A DNA stretch of 64,000 nucleotides from Lachnospiraceae bacterium (GTDB taxonomy: Bacteria; Bacillota_I; Bacilli_A; RFN20; CAG-826). The position numbers and the translations under genes were made by a program. This document shows positions 60,467 through 64,000 of this stretch, one piece after another. Under the pieces are notes generated by a model that did not search any database, had not been told where the DNA came from, and saw nothing but the letters and a program-made list of their open reading frames with translations. Each line of letters begins with the position of its first letter. Position 1 is the first letter of the stretch. The stretch covers positions 42,051 to 106,050 of the forward strand of contig CAVKZO010000001.1 of assembly GCA_963661135.1 (NCBI GenBank), in the 5' to 3' direction.

Positions 60467-63400
60467 AGTTATTAGATTATATTGTAAATTATTTTAATGG
60501 CACCCCCTATCAAGAAAAAGATAGGAATTTTTTTGTTGGAGATTCTTTATTATCATCATGTTTTCTTACTTTAAACCGTTATTTTAAATCAAATGAAAAT
60601 ATTTTAATACTTGCTCCAAATAACTATGAATTAAATAAAATACGAAATCGGCTATTAGCTTTTATTAAAGATGATAATATTATTGCTTTTGAAACTGATG
60701 AGTTAATTCGTGTTGAATATATTTCTAAGTCTAAAGAAATGATTGCTCAAGAATTATTTAATTTATATCAATTAAGTAAAGCTGAACATAAAATAGTGAT
60801 ATTAACGCCTAGTTCATTATATAGATACTATCCAAAAAAGGAAGTCTTTTTGAATAGTAAAATCGAATTAAGGAAAAATGAAAATTATGATATTAATGAG
60901 GTTGTTAATAAATTAATTAGTACAGGATATTATAGAGTTAATAAGATAGATCAATCTTTACAAATTGCTAAAAGAGGCGACATATTAGATGTTCTTTCTA
61001 TAAATTATGACAATCCAATAAGAATAGAATTTTTTGATAATACAATTGAATCTATTAAGTTTTTCGATATCGCTACACAAAGATCAATTAAAGTAATAAA
61101 TGAAGTAACTATTCTTCCAAGTACTTTTTTGATTATAGATAATATTAATAAAGAAAATACTTTAAATTTAATCGATAAATTATATTATAGAGATTTAAAA
61201 AATATTCCGAATTATTTAAAAGATATATTAGAACAGGAGATTTTAAATTTAAAAGAAGAAGTTAAAGCTGGATATTTAACTCAGAAAAATTATAAATATT
61301 ATAGTTTATTGAATAATAATTATTCTTCGTTATTAAATTATTTTGATTATAAATTTTTAATCGTTTCAAACGAGGAAGAATTCAAAAAAAGTAAGGATTT
61401 ATTATTTGATGATGCTGATAATTTTATGGCTGAATTGTATAAGTCAGGTAAAGCGTTATCAGACCTAAAATATTTTAATAAAGAAGTAAAATATATGGGA
61501 AATAATATTGAAATTGATTTAATTTCAAATATTTACACTCAATATAACGCAATAAAACTTAATGTAACTTCACCAACATTTAACGCTAAAAGCATTAATG
61601 AGATAATGTTTATTTTTAAAAACTATATTTCAATTAATTATAAAATTGTAGTTGTATTAGAAAACGATTATCAGGTAAATAAAATAAAAGAAATTCTTAA
61701 ATATTTAGAAATTGATTATATTGTTTCTGACAGTATAAATTTTGTTGGTTGTAACGTATTAATTTATGTTGGGGAAATGTATAGCGGTTTTGAAAATAGC
61801 AAAGAAAACATGGTGTTTTTGACAACTAAAGAGTTGTTTGGAGTTAAAAAAAGCAATCATCAATATTCATCGAAATTTAAAGAAGGAATTATATTAGGGA
61901 GCTATTTAGAATTAACACCAGGAGACTATGTTGTTCATGAAGCTAAAGGAATTGGTCAATTTCAAGAAATAACTACACTTTTCGTTGATGGGAATCATGA
62001 GGATTATATTAAAATACTTTATGCTAATAATGATATTTTATATGTTCCATTATATCAGTTTGATTTAGTTAGAAAATATGTTGGGAAAGACGGTGTAAAG
62101 CCTCGTTTAAATTCTTTAAATGGAGATAAGTGGAAAAACACAAAAAAGAAAATAAAAGAAAGAATTAATGATTTAACCGAAAGATTGTTAAATTTATATC
62201 AAGAAAGAGCGCAAGTTAAAGGTTTTAAATTTCTAGCAGATGATGAAATTCAAAAGGAGTTTGAGGATAAGTTTCAATATGAATTAACAAAAGACCAAAC
62301 TACATGTTTAGAAGAAATTAAAAGAGATATGGAAAAGAGTCAACCTATGGATAGGTTACTTTGTGGAGATGTTGGATTTGGTAAAACAGAGATTGCTTTA
62401 AGATGTGCTTTTAAAGCGATTTTAAGCGGGAAACAAGTATGTTTTTTGTGTCCTACGACTGTTTTAGCAAAACAACATTACGATTTGTGTTTAAGTCGCT
62501 TTATGGATTTTGGTGTAAAAATATGTTTATTATCTAGATTAAACAATGAATCTGAAAATAAGAAAAATATTGAACTAATAAACGATGGTCAAATTGATTT
62601 AGTTATTGCTACTCATAAAGTTTTATCCAAAAAAGTTAAATTTAAAAATTTAGGTCTTTTAATTATTGATGAAGAGCAAAGATTTGGTGTAGAACAAAAA
62701 GAAAAGATCAAGGAAATGAATAGTAATATCGATATTTTAACAATTAGTGCTACACCAATTCCTAGAACACTTCAATCATCATTGATTGGATTAAAAAGCA
62801 TATCAACGATAAAAACTGCACCAAAAGAAAGAATGCCTATACAAACATATGTAATAGGATACGATGAATGTATTGTAAAAGATTTAATTAAAAAAGAATT
62901 ATCAAGAGATGGTCAAATTTATTTTGTATATAATTATGTTGAGTCAATTTATTCAATGGCGAAAAGGCTAAATGACTTAGTGCCTGAATGTAGAATTGGA
63001 GTAATACACGGAAAATTAGAAAAAAGCGAAATCGAATCTGTAATGGATGATTTTTATAACGGAGAGATAGATTTATTGCTTTGTACATCTATTATTGAAA
63101 ATGGAATTGATGTTAAAAATGCAAATTTAATGATAGTTTATGATGCTGATCATTTTGGTCTATCGCAACTTTATCAAATTAAAGGAAGAGTTGGCAGAGG
63201 TGATAGGATGGCTTTTGCATATTTAATGATAAAACAAAATAAAGATATTACTGAAGAAGCAAAATTAAGGTTAAAAGCTATTCAAGAATTTACTGAATTA
63301 GGAAGTGGATATAAGATTTCTCAAAGAGACTTATTAATTAGAGGAGCAGGCGATATTTTGGGACCACAGCAAGCTGGATTTATCGATGAAGTTGGTGTTG

Positions 63401-63948
63401 ATATGTATTTAAAATTATTAAAAGAAAGTATTGATGAAAAGAAAAGTGGCATTAAAAAAGATGAAAAAATACCTAATTTATTAAATTTAAGTATCGATGC
63501 TTATATACCATCAACTTATGCAAGTGACGAAAGTAAAATTGAAATTTATCAAAAAATATTAACTTGTGAAAAAATAGAGGACATATCGTATTTAAAAAGC
63601 GAAATGAGAGACATATATGGCAAAATACCTAATGAAACATCGCTCCTTTTAGAAAAAAGAGAGATTGACATTTATTATAACGATAAAGATATTTTTGAAA
63701 AACTTGATGATCTATCTAGTTCAGTAAACTTGACCTTAACAAATGAGTTTTCTTCTATAAATGGAATTGGATCTACATTATTTACTAGCTTATTGCCATA
63801 TATTAACAAAATAAAAATGATGTATACCAATAAACAATTAAAAATAATAGTGTATAAAAGAAATAACTGGCTAGAATTATTAAAGAATATTATGAAAGTG
63901 ATAGTTAATTTAGATAGAATTAATAAAAAGGTAATGTATGAGAATTGA
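60463..63948 (+). CDS. mfd: Transcription-repair coupling factor Mfd (start codon non-canonical/uncertain)
   Basis: Superfamily-2 helicase motifs (GDVGFGKTE, DEEQRFG, TATPIPRT) and TRG/D7 regions. The reading frame is open from 60451 and encodes conserved Mfd N-terminal residues (…FFVGDSLLSSCFLTL…ILILAPNNYE…) upstream of the first ATG at 60739. RBS AAAGAGGT sits 7 nt before an in-frame ATA at 60463, which overlaps the pth stop as ATAA. Confidence 0.85.
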   Translation: MKLLDYIVNYFNGTPYQEKDRNFFVGDSLLSSCFLTLNRYFKSNENILILAPNNYELNKIRNRLLAFIKDDNIIAFETDELIRVEYISKSKEMIAQELFNLYQLSKAEHKIVILTPSSLYRYYPKKEVFLNSKIELRKNENYDINEVVNKLISTGYYRVNKIDQSLQIAKRGDILDVLSINYDNPIRIEFFDNTIESIKFFDIATQRSIKVINEVTILPSTFLIIDNINKENTLNLIDKLYYRDLKNIPNYLKDILEQEILNLKEEVKAGYLTQKNYKYYSLLNNNYSSLLNYFDYKFLIVSNEEEFKKSKDLLFDDADNFMAELYKSGKALSDLKYFNKEVKYMGNNIEIDLISNIYTQYNAIKLNVTSPTFNAKSINEIMFIFKNYISINYKIVVVLENDYQVNKIKEILKYLEIDYIVSDSINFVGCNVLIYVGEMYSGFENSKENMVFLTTKELFGVKKSNHQYSSKFKEGIILGSYLELTPGDYVVHEAKGIGQFQEITTLFVDGNHEDYIKILYANNDILYVPLYQFDLVRKYVGKDGVKPRLNSLNGDKWKNTKKKIKERINDLTERLLNLYQERAQVKGFKFLADDEIQKEFEDKFQYELTKDQTTCLEEIKRDMEKSQPMDRLLCGDVGFGKTEIALRCAFKAILSGKQVCFLCPTTVLAKQHYDLCLSRFMDFGVKICLLSRLNNESENKKNIELINDGQIDLVIATHKVLSKKVKFKNLGLLIIDEEQRFGVEQKEKIKEMNSNIDILTISATPIPRTLQSSLIGLKSISTIKTAPKERMPIQTYVIGYDECIVKDLIKKELSRDGQIYFVYNYVESIYSMAKRLNDLVPECRIGVIHGKLEKSEIESVMDDFYNGEIDLLLCTSIIENGIDVKNANLMIVYDADHFGLSQLYQIKGRVGRGDRMAFAYLMIKQNKDITEEAKLRLKAIQEFTELGSGYKISQRDLLIRGAGDILGPQQAGFIDEVGVDMYLKLLKESIDEKKSGIKKDEKIPNLLNLSIDAYIPSTYASDESKIEIYQKILTCEKIEDISYLKSEMRDIYGKIPNETSLLLEKREIDIYYNDKDIFEKLDDLSSSVNLTLTNEFSSINGIGSTLFTSLLPYINKIKMMYTNKQLKIIVYKRNNWLELLKNIMKVIVNLDRINKKVMYEN

Positions 63949-64000
63949 TAAATTTTTAAAGGTTTCTCGTTTATTAAAACGTAGAACAATTGCAAAAGAG
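63938..64000 (+). CDS. S4-domain RNA-binding protein (Hsp15/YabO-like), 5' fragment running off the window
   Basis: MRIDKFLKVSRLLKRRTIAKE… matches the S4 protein that conventionally follows mfd. ATG overlaps the mfd stop. Confidence 0.55.
   Translation, partial: MRIDKFLKVSRLLKRRTIAKE

Noticed and set aside
60467-60738. Apparent 272-nt intergenic gap between pth and mfd
   Set aside because: Not intergenic: it is in frame with mfd and encodes the conserved Mfd N-terminal domain (see finding on non-canonical start).
63675-63995. 106-aa minus-strand ORF at the mfd 3' end
   Set aside because: Antisense to the conserved Mfd C-terminus and the S4-protein start; hydrophobic low-complexity translation typical of AT-rich antisense frames.

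Overview
Roughly 28-30% GC chromosomal window around the replication origin of a low-GC Firmicutes/Tenericutes-like bacterium. It uses the standard genetic code: rpmH ends in TGA, overlapping the rnpA start as ATGA.

Core content:
- On the minus strand: dnaA-dnaN-yaaA-recF-gyrB-gyrA, then an unknown 336-aa gene, serS, a small SRP RNA and tadA.
- An oriC-like AT-rich region with TTTTCCACA DnaA boxes lies between dnaA and rpmH.
- On the plus strand: rpmH-rnpA-yidC-jag-mnmE-tatD-rnmV-ksgA-ispE.
- Elsewhere: eno, prs, rpmE, tldD/pmbA, mscL, ppdK, pth, mfd, a GT4 and a GT2 glycosyltransferase, two TetR-linked ABC exporter genes, and a P-type ATPase next to a MacB-like fused ABC transporter.

Most notable accessory content:
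- A queuosine salvage operon, queT-tgt-queA-queH, behind a candidate preQ1-type riboswitch leader.
- A pair of large surface lipoproteins (a clan GH-A-like hydrolase and a metallophosphoesterase) that share a repeated ~90-aa 'WVGIY...WYYV' domain.
- A cluster of tandemly duplicated small polytopic membrane proteins, one copy split by a frameshift, next to a secreted, C-terminally membrane-anchored protein.
- A full-length EF-G paralogue whose catalytic His (DxPGH) is Asn. It is preceded by a perfect 14-bp cre palindrome (TGTAAGCGCTTACA) and a 7-codon uORF with a strong SD.
- Mfd lacks a canonical start codon: about 90 conserved N-terminal residues lie upstream of the first ATG.

No rRNA, tRNA, CRISPR or mobile elements were recognised. 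The six-frame track omitted rpmH (under 60 aa) and the partial genes at both window edges.
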